A program made the translations under genes and the position numbers. A stretch of DNA of 63,632 nt, the filler included, from Octopus bimaculoides (Eukaryota), in the NCBI RefSeq assembly GCF_001194135.2. It is 7 parts of 7 records of this genome, joined end to end, with 100 filler letters (N's around TTAATTAATTAA, not from the genome) between each part and the next. Parts side by side here need not be neighbours in the genome. Positions count along the whole stretch, not along the records: positions 9,454 to 22,006 come from NC_069004.1; positions 22,107 to 27,151 come from NW_026380777.1; 5 more parts are not named here. One strand, 5' to 3'. The notes beneath the pieces are model-generated. The model was given only the letters and a program-made list of their open reading frames with translations. It did no database searches and was not told the DNA's origin. Below are positions 11,719-25,539 of the stretch, one piece after another; within the stretch, counting starts at the first letter, position 1; each line of letters begins with the position of its first letter.

Positions 11719-11747
11719 ATATTTTATGTGTGTGTGTATATGTGTGT

Positions 11748-12018
11748 GAAGGTGCGTGGCTTAGTGGTTAGGGTATTCAGCACACGATCGTAAGGTCGTG
11801 AGTTCAATTCCCGGCGCGTGTTGTGTCCTTGAGCAAGACACTTTATCTCACTTTGCTCCAGTTCACTCAGCTGGTAAAAATGAGTAGTACCAATATTTCA
11901 AAGGACCAGCCTTGTCAAACTCTTTATTTCGTTGGATCTCTCTGGGAACTACGTTTAGGGTACGCGTGTCTGTGGAGTGCTCAGGCACTTACACGTTGTC
12001 GTAACTGACGGAGTGCTC
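11748..12018 (+). mobile_element. SINE family B
   Basis: A-box TGGCTTAGTGG, B-box GAGTTCAATTCC; shared body. Confidence 0.85.
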
Positions 12019-12690
12019 CTTGTATATATANNNNNNNNNNNNNNNNNNNNNNNNNNNNNNNNNNNNNNNNNNNNNNNNNNNNNNNNNNNNNNNNNNNNNN
12101 NNNNNNNNNNNNNNNNNNNNNNNNNNNNNNNNNNNNNNNNNNNNNNNNNNNNNNNNNNNNNNNNNNNNNNNNNNNNNNNNNNNNNNNNNNNNNNNNNNNN
12201 NNNNNNNNNNNNNNNNNNNNNNNNNNNNNNNNNNNNNNNNNNNNNNNNNNNNNNNNNNNNNNNNNNNNNNNNNNNNNNNNNNNNNNNNNNNNNNNNNNNN
12301 NNNNNNNNNNNNNNNNNNNNNNNNNNNNNNNNNNNNNNNNNNNNNNNNNNNNNNNNNNNNNNNNNNNNNNNNNNNNNNNNNNNNNNNNNNNNNNNNNNNN
12401 NNNNNNNNNNNNNNNNNNNNNNNNNNNNNNNNNNNNNNNNNNNNNNNNNNNNNNNNNNNNNNNNNNNNNNNNNNNNNNNNNNNNNNNNNNNNNNNNNNNN
12501 NNNNNNNNNNNNNNNNNNNNNNNNNNNNNNNNNNNNNNNNNNNNNNNNNNNNNNNNNNNNNNNNNNNNNNNNNNNNNNNNNNNNNNNNNNNNNNNNNNNN
12601 NNNNNNNNNNNNNNNNNNNNNNNNNNNNNNNNNNNNNNNNNNNNNNNNNNNNNNNNNNNNNNNNNNNNNNNNNNNNNNNNNNNNNNNNNN

Positions 12691-12915
12691 CACCACCACC
12701 ACCACCACCACCACCACTACCACCACCACCAAACAACCAGAACCACAACCACGGCAACCACCACTACCGTTACCACCATCACCACTTCCACTACCACTCT
12801 TCCGCCATAACCACTACCACCACAACCACCACCATAGCCACCACCACAACCAGCAGCACCACCGACACAAGCATCAATATTGCTCTGCCAACACCATCAC
12901 CATCACCACCACATG
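12691..12915. repeat. (CAC)n-derived low-complexity repeat
   Basis: Direct reading; source of the poly-H/T ORFs. Confidence 0.9.
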
Positions 12916-13264
12916 AACGAAGTCAGTTCACAAACTAGAAATAGCAGCCAACTCGCGCTCAGATCACACCCTATCGTTAATTACAAAACAGGAAAGGGAA
13001 ACTTTACATATTTTAATTTGTTTTAGTNNNNNNNNNNATATATTACGGGCATCTTTCACTTTCTGCCTACCGAATCCACTTACAAGGCCGAGGCTAAAGT
13101 AGAAGACGCCTAAGGCACTATGTAGTGGAGACTGAACTCAAGAACAGATGGTGGAGAACCACACAGCCATGGGATGGCCAGGTCTGGCTGGATTGCCTTT
13201 GATCATGTCTGGTCGATGAGAGATGACCTGTGGTTAAGCAACAACAACAGCAATATTAACAAGT

Positions 13265-13640
13265 CTGTAGCTGTGTAGTAAGAAGCTTGCTTCCCAACTA
13301 CATGGCTCGGGGTTCAGTCCTATTGCGTGACACCTTGGGCAAGTATCTTCTACTATAGCCTCGCACCGACCAAAGCCTTGTGAGTGGATTTGGTAGATAG
13401 AAACTGAAAAAAGCTCGTCGTAAATGTATATTTTTGTATATATATATCTATATGTGTGTGCCTTTATGTCTGTGCTTACGTTCCCATAACTTATCGGTTC
13501 GGCAAAAGAGGCCGATGGAATAAGTGCTAGGTTTACAAAAGAATAAGTCCTGGGATTGATTTATTCGACTAAAACCCTTGAAGGCAGTGCTCCAGCATGG
13601 CCGCAGTCAAGTGACTGAAACAAGTAAAAGAATAAAAGTT
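13265..13640 (+). mobile_element. SINE family A
   Basis: Head, central microsatellite and tail are all collinear with other copies. Confidence 0.8.
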
Positions 13641-13641
13641 C

Positions 13642-13790
13642 GGCGGCGGGCTGACAGAATCGCTAGGACGTTGGGCAAAAAGCTTTACCGAGGTCAACTT
13701 TTCCTTTTATCCTTTCGAGGTCAGTTGAGTCCTGGGGCTTATGGGACTGACTCAGCAAATTTCTAGCCCTGTGCCGAAATTTGAAACCAC
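13642..13790 (+). mobile_element. SINE family C, degenerate
   Basis: ggcggcgggctgacagaatcg head; gaggtcaactt..atcctttcg..aaatttgaaacc tail. Confidence 0.6.
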
Positions 13791-14267
13791 TAATTAACAA
13801 ATCTTAGTTATCATGTAATACGCCACTGCATCAACACAGCGTCATACAGCACCACACCATGCCTACGTAGTCGTTTGGTCAGCTAAAAATAGCAAATTCA
13901 CATCTTCCTGTCTGAAAAATGATAATAGTAAGGAATGCATTGAAATCTTGTAGTCCAAAGTTTCTTTTAAAAAAGACAGGAAGGATACGGTTGGAACACA
14001 TTGGAACACATTTTCTCACAACTTTGCTGGAAGACTATCGGACCTAGGGTTACACAACATTGTCGACAACATGCCATCGTTCCTGCATGCACTAACTAAA
14101 CTTGTGGTGCAGGGTTTGCTTTCACAAAATAAATAAATAAGTAATAAAAATAAGGCGGGAAAGGACTTTCAATAAAAGTAAGCACATATTTTCATAAGCG
14201 CGATCCCGGCCTCAGCCCCCAGGCACGTATAATCATTTCCGATTTCGTAAGGTGAGAGGGGATGATG

Positions 14268-14319
<52 letters not shown>

Positions 14320-14615
14320 TAATAATAATAATAAATGATAATAATGATGATAAAGAAGAAACGAAAAGAGTGGGAAAAATTGTAATGGAAAAAAATTACG
14401 TGTGCACCTAGTCACATATGAATAATCATAAGAGGAACAACAACTGAAAATATATATATACACAGACACACACATACATTCACACGCACACACATATACA
14501 TCCTTACACATGTATGTCTGTAACAAACACAAACGCACACACACGCACATATATATATATATATATATCTATACATATATATAATATGATGCTGTAATAA
14601 TAAATACATACCTAC

Positions 14616-14654
<39 letters not shown>

Positions 14655-16249
14655 GTGTTAGTGCGTGTGTCTTTCTGGGTAATATGTATTTTGGCCGCGT
14701 ATAGGTGTCTGAAAGACGAATATTTCATAAAAAGTCGGGATGTCTGACTGATTGAAGTGGTTCATTGTCATACACTTCCTATTGGGAATGGTTCACTGGT
14801 TTAATCGGGTTTGTGTGTATGCGTGTGTGTGAGTGTGTGTGTGTGTATGTGTGTGTATGCGCGCACGTGCAGGCGTGCGTGTGTGTGTACATACACANNN
14901 NNNNNNNNNNNNNNNNNNNNNNNNNNNNNNNNNNNNNNNNNNNNNNNNNNNNNNNNNNNNNNNNNNNNNNNNNNNNNNNNNNNNNNNNNNNNNNNNNNNN
15001 NNNNNNNNNNNNNNNNNNNNNNNNNNNNNNNNNNNNNNNNNNNNNNNNNNNNNNNNNNNNNNNNNNNNNNNNNNNNNNNNNNNNNNNNATATAGTCATAC
15101 GTACATATATATATATATGTATATATATATATATTAATAGGTATATACATACACACATACGCACAAGTGCGTGCGCGTACTATGTTTATTAGCTCACGCC
15201 CACTTGTACACATTCCAGTGTAGCTGAAAATTTACTCTTCGTTCCTTTTCGTTTCTTGTTTGAAATATTCGAGCGATTATGAAAAATAGAACATAAAAAT
15301 AATATTTGAAAAACTTTGATTGGTTGAAACGGAGCAAAAAGGGTTTTATTGATAAGGCTGTTCAAATAAATAGCAAGAAGAATGATTGCTAGTGAGAGAT
15401 GAGGTCATGCAAAGCCATATGAATATTTATATGGAACATTGAAAACATAAAATGACCTCGTATATAAAATGCGCGAGAATCTAAAAAATATCTGAAAAGT
15501 GCATATGTCTAATAAATCAGTGAAGGGGAAAGATCCATGATATTCTAAATGTTTCAGAATTTATTTATTTGGTGTTAAATAAGGAATTGGTGGCATGCCT
15601 ACAATTGCCCAGCATTTCAGCTCTTTAATTTGACCTATGAATGACTTGAAATATGGCAAATTTAAAGTAAGGTGTAATTTACATCGCATACAGAGGTGTA
15701 TGTTCAAGGAAAGACCATTCCATTTTAAATTCTGGTGGATCTCTTTTTCTTTCACTCTTCTATTTTTTGTTTTACGAAAAAATTTGCCTTGAAAAGCTCG
15801 TTAAATTTTTTTCTTCAGGTACTTCTGTCAATGTATATGTCGAAGTAAACGATACTTGAAATAATCATGGCTGGTTTGAATTAAACCATTGGCATATTGT
15901 TATTGTCTAATTGTACGTATGTACAGTATTCAAAAGGCTTTCGCAAGGCAATTAGTTTTAAGACGATAATTAATTGAGGCAATTTAATTACCGATACAAG
16001 AGTGTGTTATTGTTATTAGAAAAGTATTCAGAGTTGAAGTGGTATTGCAGCTTTCGTTTGAAATTGAGAGCATTTTCCTTTTATCTTTTACTTGTTTCAG
16101 GCATTGGACAAAAGTTAAACCACAGCCCATAAAAGGATATCGTCCCGACAAGATAAACTACAGCCAGAAGAAAAAGAAAAAGAAGATATCAAGCTGATTA
16201 GTTTAAGTTTTTTTACCGTGTCATGAAAAGTCTCGAATCCAATCAATAA

Positions 16250-16990
16250 AAATATTTAGCAAGGTGTGCAGTTTGGGGCAAATAAGCGCGAAGCGTTAAT
16301 TAGGGAGAGAAAACGAAAGATTAATTCTGATAGTATAAAGTTACCACAAGACAGTATCATTAGATCTCTGTGAAGTAACGAAGGAGTCAGTTACCCAGGG
16401 GTGCTGCAGGACGATAGCGTGATGGAAAGAGAAGTAAGAGAGAAAGTATCCAAAGAGTACAAGAGAAGGATTAGGAAGGTGCTTGAAATATAACTAAATG
16501 GAAGGAGTATTGTAAAATCATTATATGCATGGACCTTGCAAATATTAAGTTACTCTGTTTTAAGAGTATCTTCATACTTGCACGCCACAAGAGCGCTACA
16601 AGAACTAGGAAGCTGTTCACAATACACAGCTCATATCACTCGAAAAGTAATATCGACAGAATCTAGCAACAGATTCTACCGACCAAGAAAAGACTGAATC
16701 AGAGGATTGCTAAATGCAGAAGGCATCGTTAGTATTGCGATATTAAGTTTGAAATGTTAAATTGTCCTTAGTTAAGAAAAAAATACTATGGGTTGTTAGA
16801 AATATCCAAAAGTTACAAGAAGAATTCAAGGACTGAAAGAACGACGACAGGACAACTGAAAAAGAAGGAATTGCATGGACAATTCTTGCAAGAAACCGAG
16901 GATGCTGGGAGTAAAGAACGTTAGTTGCGATCAACTGATGGAAAGCCGAAAGAAGTAACGCAATCATAAATTATAGCCGCTCAGGAACCA
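16250..16990 (+). mobile_element. R4/Dong-clade (restriction-like endonuclease) LINE fragment
   Basis: SYPGVLQDD..EVREKVSKEYKRRIRKVL..LNGRSIVKSLYAWTLQILSYS matches the post-RT YKYLG...LNG.N.I.AIN.WA...LRYS block; decayed. Confidence 0.7.
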
Positions 16991-17036
16991 GCCATAAGAA
17001 GGACCTATTTTAGTTGTTGGCACTAATCCAGCACTT

Positions 17037-17211
17037 TTGAGGGGAGGGGGCGAGTCAATTACGTGGATCCTGGTGTTTGACTGGTATTTTGTTTTGTCCA
17101 CTTCGAAAGGATGAAAGGCAAGATTTCAGCATGGTTTCATCTCAAAATGTAAAGGGCTGGAAGAAATGTCGCTAAACATTTTGCCGCTAACGATTCAGCC
17201 AGCTCGCCGTC

Positions 17212-17278
<67 letters not shown>

Positions 17279-17412
17279 TGATGATAATAATGATAATAAT
17301 AATAATCCTTTCTACTAAAGGTACAAGGCCTGAAATTTGGGGAAGGGGGACTAGTCAGTTACATCGACCACAGTGTTTCACTGGTATTTAATTTCATCGA
17401 CCCCGAAAGGAT
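17037..17412 (-). mobile_element. Two tandem SINE family C copies joined by (ATT)n (17215-17303)
   Basis: Head ggcgagctggctgaatcg at ~17210; second copy's tail at 17307-17412. Confidence 0.7.
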
Positions 17413-18150
17413 AAGTATCTAGGAGTATTAGAATCTGACAGAGTACCAACTATAGAAATGAAAACGAAAATTGAAAAGGAGTACATCAGAAGGGTGAGGA
17501 AGCTAATGAAGTAACAGCTAAATGGCCCAAATCTAGTGAAGGCTGTAAATACTTCGGCAGTATCATTACTTCGATACTCAGAAGCTTTTGTAGATTGGAC
17601 AAAAACTGAATTAGCAAAGCTGTAGAGAAGAACTAGGAAGGAATTCAATATGAATGGAGGATTCCTCTCAAGGGCAGGAGTAACAAGATTATATCGATTT
17701 AGAAAGAAAGGTGGGGAGGGTTAATATCAGTAGGAGAATGCGTGGAGTTAGCTAGAGTAGATATAGAGCCCTAAGTAGGTAATAGTGAAGAAAGTTTATT
17801 AAAAGCTGCTAGAGTCACAGCAAGACATAGGGAAACCAAAATACCAAACGAAGTTAAAAATCAGAAAAAGTAACAGAAATTTTCTGACTAGCAGGAGAAG
17901 GCTTTGTATGGTAGATTCCCAAAGATAATTTCAGTTATGGCTGCAGAAAACTGAAGAGGGAGACAGAAAGCTTGTTAGTAGCTGCAGAAGATCAAGCATT
18001 AAGGACTAATTGGATAAAGCCAAGATAGACAAAAGTCAAGTAAATTCGCAATGTAGATTATGCATATCAAAAGAGGAAAGAGTTACTCATATAGTAAGTG
18101 ACTGTAGCATGCCGTCACAGAAAGAATACAAGAAAAGACATGACGATATG
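17413..18150 (+). mobile_element. R4/Dong-clade LINE fragment with CCHC knuckle
   Basis: KYLGVLESD...LNGPNLVKAVNTSAVSLLRYS...DWTKTEL, then CRLCISKEERVTHIVSDC...KEYKKRHD. Confidence 0.8.
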
Positions 18151-18494
18151 TGCATCTCTGATCATGAGCAGAAGTAATGTGTTGAGAGGAATTCTTTGGG
18201 GTTTGAATAATTCACCTTTGGAAACATGGGTGTTTTGCTCAACATCCTTAAACAAACCTTATTCAGAGACCTTTTGAACGGGATGGGCTACTCGACCTGA
18301 AGAAAATTCTAACTGGGCCCTACCTGCGAGGTCATGCACTGTTCATCTTGATATGCGATCACCATGTCGCGCACATATGGTTGTGAGGCATATGCCTGGT
18401 GTACCCTTATCTGACAGGTAGTCATGATGGGTATACTGGGCTTCGTACATTTTACCCCAGTGTCACTTTGATGGCATGCACTTCTCTCTCACTC

Positions 18495-18572
<78 letters not shown>

Positions 18573-18584
18573 AAGAAGAATACT

Positions 18585-19400
18585 CCTGGGAGACACGCTC
18601 TCTCCACTCCTTTTCTGCTTGGCACTGACACCTTTAACTGACATGCTAAACAACAACTGATGTGGACACAACTGTTACGGCAAAACGATCAGCCACCTCT
18701 TCTATATGGATGGCAGACCCACAAAATTACAGACTGATAACTTGTCTCCCTACAATTTACAAAGCCTTTACTGCAATAATATCGCAGAGAATGACCAGGC
18801 ATCTGGAAGAAAACAACCTGTTTCCATAAGAGCAAAAGGGATGCTGCAAGGGATCATACAGCTGTAAAGATCAACTACTGATCAATAAAGCCAAAATGAA
18901 GACAGCTGCAGAAAGAAGAAGGGTCTAAGTATGACTTGGATCGATAGTCGAAAGGCTTTTAATAGTATTCCCCACACAGGGATCCTAGAAACACTAGCCA
19001 TGAACAAGGTAGCGTCAATAATCATAAAATATATAAGACATTCCATGAATAAATGGCAGACAGTGCTACAGTTCCAGACAAAAGAGGGACTCATTAAAAC
19101 CAAAGCCATCTTCATTAGTAAAGGAATATTCCAGAGAGACACACACTCCACTCCTTTTCTGCTTGGCACTGACGCCTTTATCTGATATGCTAAGCAGAAC
19201 TGGATGTGGATACAACTGTTACGGCAAAACAATCAGCCACCTCTTATATATGGATGATCTAAACCTGTACGCTACAAATAAACAGCTGGAAACATTACTA
19301 CAGAGAGTACATGAATTTACCTAAGAAATAAACAAAATTTGGCTTAGAAAAATGTGCCAAAACAACCTTGAAAAGAGGAAAACTAGTCAAGAGTAGCACG
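18585..19400 (+). mobile_element. R4/Dong-clade LINE reverse-transcriptase fragment (with an internal duplicate of the YMDD block)
   Basis: EQKGCCKGSYSCKDQLLIN..WIDSRKAFNSIPH..KGIFQ.D..PLLFCLAL.PL..ISHLLYMDDL..KFGLEKCA; 18585-18715 repeats 19135-19255. Confidence 0.85.
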
Positions 19401-19431
19401 TAATAAAAATAAGACTACTGAAAAATAATAA

Positions 19432-19772
<341 letters not shown>

Positions 19773-20485
19773 CATGGCAGCCACAAAAAAAATCTCTCCC
19801 ATGAATGACAATAGCTAAAAAGCAGCAAGGAGAGTTTTGAATTGAAAGTCGTAGACAATCTTTTCCTCTAATAGTCTAAAAATTTTCGGTTTCTACATAT
19901 CTACGATCATTTTCCAATATAACTTGGTACATGTGCAAAAGAATCGTCAGAATATTCTAGAAAGGTTAAAAGTTGATTTCAGGTGTGATGTAGTAACTGG
20001 ATTTATGGCAACGGATATAGCAATGGAAATTGGTGAAGAGGAAGTCTTCAGGAATTCTGTTAGTTCATTGTTGTACGATGTCTGCCACTTTTTCAAAATG
20101 GAGTCCTTTAGCATTGTTTCTCTCCCATTTCACTCTCTGTAAAATACATACATACATACATACATACATTCATGCGTACATGCATGCATGCACACATTCA
20201 GCTTCACATGTATTTATATATAAGTTTATATATATACGTAAATGACGAACGATGAGAATGAATGCTCAACACCGCATTGGTGGAGAAAATTATTTTATTT
20301 GTGTATTAAGCCTACTGTTGGTTTCATGTTAAAAAAATATCTTAATATCTTAACATATCGCATGGAGGAATACTGTTCGTCTACATTTTGGTTAAAACAC
20401 AAAGTATCGTGAATTCGGAGAAATTCTCATATTTATATATATTCTCATATCTACACATACATTTATATATAAGATATATATACAC

Positions 20486-20648
20486 AGGCGCAGGAGTGGC
20501 TGTTTGCTAAGAAGCTTGCTTCTCAACCACATGTTTCTGGGTTCAATCCCACTGCGTGGCACTTTGGGCAAGTGTCTTCTAATATAGCCTTGGGCCGACC
20601 AAAGACTTGTGAGTGGATTTGGTAGACAGAAACTGAAAGAAGCTCATA

Positions 20649-20747
<99 letters not shown>

Positions 20748-20974
20748 CGTGTGTGTGTATATATATTTGTGTATCTGTGGTTGTCCCCTACCATCGCTTG
20801 ACAATCGATCTTGGTGTGTTTACGTCTCCGTAATACAGCGGTCCAGCAGAAGAGACCGATAGAATAAGTAATAGGCTTACAAAGAATAAGTCCTAGGGTC
20901 GATTTGCTCGACTAAAAGCAGTGCTCCAGCATGGCCACAGTAAAATGACTGAAACAAGCAACAGAGTAAAAGAG
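20486..20974 (+). mobile_element. SINE family A, full length
   Basis: Head, central (TA)n(TG)n and agagtaaaagag tail. Confidence 0.85.
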
Positions 20975-20980
20975 TATACA

Positions 20981-21874
20981 TATGAGGGCGTACCCAAAAG
21001 TGACCAGAAACGTATCTGTGGGACAAGCCCGTTGTAGTTATGGCTTCCACCTCTAGAGGCCACTTGATGCGGCCTTCAGGCATCTGTCTGCCGACCGGCG
21101 TTGCCGGGTGAGTCGTACTGTCACGTGGTTCGTCTTTGTTTTGCAGTGCTTCTCCCCTGTTCGTAGATTTTTGCGATGGCTAAAGGAACAGCGTGCTTAC
21201 ATGAAATTCTGTTTTCTGCAGGGAAAAATGGCGGCCGAAACAGTTATACTTCAAATAGTTTACAAGGACGCTGCCATGAGCAAGACACAAGTTTACGAGT
21301 GGTGTTCATGATTTAGGAATTGTCACTTGTCGCTTGAAGACCAATCTCTTTGAGGACAACTGTCGACCTCTCAAACGAATGGAAACATCATGAAAATTCA
21401 TGAACTGATCTTGAAGGACCATCACCAAAAAATTGACGAACTTGTTGATATGACTGGTGTGTGCTGGAGCTCCTGCCAAAGAATTTTGAGCGGGGAATTG
21501 CGAATGAAAAGAGTTGAACCAAAATTTGTGTCTTGCTTCCTCACGGAAGATCAAAAGTAGTTATGAGTGAATGTGTGTCGTGAACTGAAAGAACAGTTGA
21601 AAGTCAATCCGAACCTTTTTTCGAGGTCATCGCAGGTGATGAAAGTTGGTGCTACAGAATTTGAAGATATAGAAAAAGTGAAGAAAGAACAACGGATGCG
21701 TTATAAAGCATCACTTCGCAAAAGTCCTAGCATTGCTTCGAATAGTGGAAAATGTGCCTGGACCGATGCATTGCTTCAAATGGAGAATACTTTGAAGGCG
21801 ATAAGTGTAAACATGTAAAACTAAGTGAATAAAAATACTGCAACATTAGGGTTTCTTTTGGGAACTTCCTTGTA
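20981..21874 (+). mobile_element. Internally deleted mariner transposon
   Basis: Imperfect TIRs (tatgagggcgtacccaaaag / cttttgggaacttccttgta) with TA ends. HTH MKFCF..GK.AAET...YKDAAMSKTQVYEW, linker K.V..KFV..FLTEDQK, and C-terminal CIASNGEYFEGD; the catalytic core is missing. Confidence 0.85.
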
Positions 21875-22106
21875 TATGTATTAGGATGTTCCGAAAATAC
21901 TGACCTATTTCAGAAACAGAATTTTATTCTGGAAAAATTAACAATAGAAATGTTTTGATTAGTCAAAGTATGAGCCGTGAACATCTATGCATCTCTGCCA
22001 ACGAACNNNNNNNNNNNNNNNNNNNNNNNNNNNNNNNNNNNNNNNNNNNNTTAATTAATTAANNNNNNNNNNNNNNNNNNNNNNNNNNNNNNNNNNNNNN
22101 NNNNNN

Positions 22107-22880
22107 TAAACACACCAAGCTTTCCATTCCCTATTCCCAATTCCTCTGTCTACGCAGGCTCTGTAGTGATGACCATGACTTTGAGACTCTCTGAACTCAT
22201 TGCTCGCACGTGGACCGTACATCTGCTCTCTTCCCCTGCAACCGCCCCACCGTCTCTCGTCTCCCGTTTCCCCTCACCTACCACTCCACCTCCTACCTCT
22301 CCAACGCACCATTGTCCGAGCCTTCCGGTGACTCCAGTCCAACCCCTCTACTTCGCAAATCTTCTCTGACTCTTCCCCTCGTTCAAACGAGCCCACAACC
22401 TACAAGACCTCTTGGTCGACATTTTCTTCCCTAACCCAAACTCCCAACCCGGCTCATATCCCTGCTCCCACCCATGCTGCCGCACTTGCCCTTACCTTTC
22501 CAACACCACCCTCCTCACCGTCACCCATCATCGACCCTATCATATCACCGACTCCTTCACATGCAATTCTACCAATGTCATCTACTGCATCTTCTAATCT
22601 CTGCCCTTCTCTAAATATCGGGCAAATGGGACGCCGCTTGGCTGACCGGTTCACAGAACACCTCCGAGTCATCCGCCTTGGCAACGACACCCCAGTGTCA
22701 CGCCATTTCCGCTCTACTGGTAACTCTTTGTAACACCTGTCTGTGTCCGGATTGTCCTTACACAGAGGCCATCCAAACTCCGTTTGCGCCGTGAACAGGG
22801 ATTAATCTTCTCTCTTCGCTCCTTTGTGCCACATGGGCTCAACTCTCCTCCCCTCTTCATCCAATCCTCCTCTCCTCTCC
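22107..22880 (+). mobile_element. Penelope-like element, RT C-terminus plus GIY-YIG endonuclease, decayed
   Basis: SIPYSQFLCLRRLCSDD; GSYPCSHPCCRTC; DSFTCNSTNVIYCI; IGQMGRRLADRFTEH; PVSRHF; RLRREQGLIFSLRSFVPHGLN. Confidence 0.88.
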
Positions 22881-23689
22881 TCTCACACCTACTTCTTCCC
22901 ACCACCTCTCCCCTTGCTCCGACTCCTAATTCTTCTCTTCACTTCTACTCTCANNNNNNNNNNNNNNNNNNNNNNNNNNNNNNNNNNNNNNNNNNNNNNN
23001 NNNNNNNNNNNNNNNNNNNNNNNNNNNNNNNNNNNNNNNNNNNNNNNNNNNNNNNNNNNNNNNNNNNNNNNNNNNNNNNNNNNNNNNNNNNNNNNNNNNN
23101 NNNNNNNNNNNNNNNNNNNNNNNNNNNNNNNNNNNNNNNNNNNNNNNNNNNNNNNNNNNNNNNNNNNNNNNNNNNNNNNNNNNNNNNNNNNNNNNNNNNN
23201 NNNNNNNNNNNNNNNNNNNNNNNNNNNNNNNNNNNNNNNNNNNNNNNNNNNNNNNNNNNNNNNNNNNNNNNNNNNNNNNNNNNNNNNNNNNNNNNNNNNN
23301 NNNNNNNNNNNNNNNNNNNNNNNNNNNNNNNNNNNNNNNNNNNNNNNNNNNNNNNNNNNNNNNNNNNNNNNNNNNNNNNNNNNNNNNNNNNNNNNNNNNN
23401 NNNNNNNNNNNAACACCATCACACCACACCACACACCACCACACCACACACCACCACACCATACACCACCATACCACACAACACCGCATCATATCACATC
23501 ACAATGCATACACCAGCACTGACCACTTCCCAGCCCCACATCATCATCCACACACCTACACATACACACAGGCACACATCAAGGTCACCAGCCCTCTTCC
23601 ACAGGCACACACATGCTCTCTTATACACATGCACACACACCTTCGTTTTGGGATCACCACTACTTTATTATCTCCCCCTCTTCCTAGCT

Positions 23690-23845
23690 CTCCTGTGTGA
23701 CCCCGCTGTTCGGTATTCGCCATGATAGATCGCTAGCCACTACACATTATTTATTTTCTCTTCTTGTTTCTTTCTGTCGGAGATCATAGGATCAAAACAT
23801 TAAAGACTTTTTCACTTCCCGAGCGTTAAACTAATACATATATTT
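23690..23845 (+). mobile_element. Penelope pLTR-like terminal segment
   Basis: Follows the PLE ORF after a gap and (ACACC)n; homologous to 6190-6285. Confidence 0.5.
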
Positions 23846-24011
23846 TGTGAATTCTCCTTATATATACACATGCATGGCTGTGTGGTAGGGAAGTTTGCAT
23901 TCCAATCACATATTTAAACATAAATATATATTTACTAACCAATCAATATTTAATTAAAGTAAACATTTATTTCTTGTTATTCTGAAAATTTCCAATAAAT
24001 TTAGCTCTTAC

Positions 24012-24093
24012 TTTTTTGAATATCCTTTCTGAAATGAAATTTCTCTTTATTAATGGCATCTGGCTTTTGTGCTGGTTTGAAGTTGTCATCAAC
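24012..24093 (-). CDS. GCLC: GCLC, next internal exon (82 nt, phase 0-1)
   Basis: Translates VDDNFKPAQKPDAINKEKFHFRKDIQK, the expected continuation (human VDENMKVAQKRDAVLQGMFYFRKDICK). Acceptor ctgtaag, donor gtaaga; 1007-nt intron from the previous exon; frame is compatible. Confidence 0.88.
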
Positions 24094-24164
24094 CTTACAG
24101 AGGGTGAAATGGTATAATAAATATATGATATATATATATATAAAATGGGATTAACAAATACCTA

Positions 24165-24410
24165 ATGGTGTGTTGAGTTCTTGAGCAAGACATTTTATTT
24201 CCTGTTGCTTCAGTGCACTCAGCTGGAAAAAGTGCATTGTATCTGTATTTCAAATGGTCAGTGTTGTCACATTCTGTGTAATACTGGATCTCCCTGAGAA
24301 CTACATTAAGGTATTTCCCTGGAGTGCTCAGCCATTTGCACGTTAATTTCATGAGTAGCGTGTCTCGTTGATCAGATCAACTGGAAGACTTGTCATAACA
24401 GAGTGCCAGA
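24165..24410 (+). mobile_element. SINE family B, headless, inside the GCLC intron (antisense)
   Basis: ttgagcaagaca...ctccctgagaactacattaag...cgttaatttcatgag body. Confidence 0.75.
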
Positions 24411-25100
24411 AACATCTTCAGCAACTTAATGGTTTAATAAAATGATTAACAAAACACATAATGGGTTAAGTACACATTTTTAAAATCCTTTGATGACAGT
24501 GCCCCAGCATGGGCACCCATGATTGGCTGAAACTTGTAAGGGAACGAAAAAATAAATGTTTCCAACAGGAATTTAAATTAGTTGAAACATAGTGTTGACT
24601 TTAAAATTAATTTAATTTATGTTTTGCAATGAAAGATGATGCTTAGAGCTGTCCCCCTCTTCGTATTAATTCTGCCTCTATCATTGATATATATATATAT
24701 ATTATCAAGCTAGCTGGCTAATCATGACACCAGTGTCTGCTCTGGCATTATCAGTCTACATATCACTGCTGGGGAGATGAATCACTGCTATCTCTTGTGG
24801 TTAAGTATCCATCATTGACAAGACCAAAGTTGAAATCACATGATCTGGGGTCACAGCACTAGAGGTAGTGGGGATTTATCTTCCTGCTACCAATATAAAC
24901 AAAAGTGCATTTGGCACCAAAATGCCAATGAGAGTTTCTCTTATAACTACCACAGTAAAGTTTGTTGTGATAGAACATACACGTTTCAGCGTAGATAAAA
25001 CCAATGAGTTGAGACCTAATGACAGAACATCTGTCATAGCTCTCATATCTATAGTTAGATCAAAGAGTTCAATATTTATTGTAGAGAAATCAATATTTAC

Positions 25101-25205
25101 CTTTGTTATCGGGATCAAAAGGTTCAGTTTGAAAGTAACTATAGTACGTGTAAGAAGAAGCATAAATACAACGAAGGCAGCATTTTCAAAATCAGTCAGC
25201 TGAAC
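25101..25205 (-). CDS. GCLC: Glutamate-cysteine ligase catalytic subunit, internal exon (105 nt, phase 0-0)
   Basis: Translates [35 protein letters not shown], matching the conserved GCLC segment (human, from memory, [35 protein letters not shown]). Flanked by tttccag acceptor and gtaaat donor. Confidence 0.93.
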
Positions 25206-25539
25206 CTGGAAATATATGAAAACAATTAGTAATGGCATCTTCGTACAATCATCACTTTTCAAAAGTCCTATGGTGATAGAGGCGTGGTTGGAAGCATACA
25301 GTTACAAATCTGCACATAAGGCAGCAGGGTTCTTTTCTTAACATCACTAACATGTTTTCATAGACAGAACTGTGTCTGAGCAGCCCTTTTAAGGAGAACA
25401 CTGTTCATCTGGATATACTGGGAAGGTGCTAGAAAAGGTGCAATAAAAATTGTCTGTCCTTTCTCTGCTGGGTAGTTTATTGCAGTTAACGGTGGTTCAA
25501 TTTAGCAGGAATGAACAAAGAATTGATATAAACAATGAT

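Noticed and set aside
15558-15845. Plus-strand ag...gt bounded segments (about 15558-15667 and 15819-15844)
   Set aside because: No convincing ORF; cannot be told from chance without RNA data.
19960-20147. Minus-strand acceptor followed by a ~54-codon ORF (MLKDSILKKWQTSY...)
   Set aside because: Not GCLC-like and no recognisable domain.
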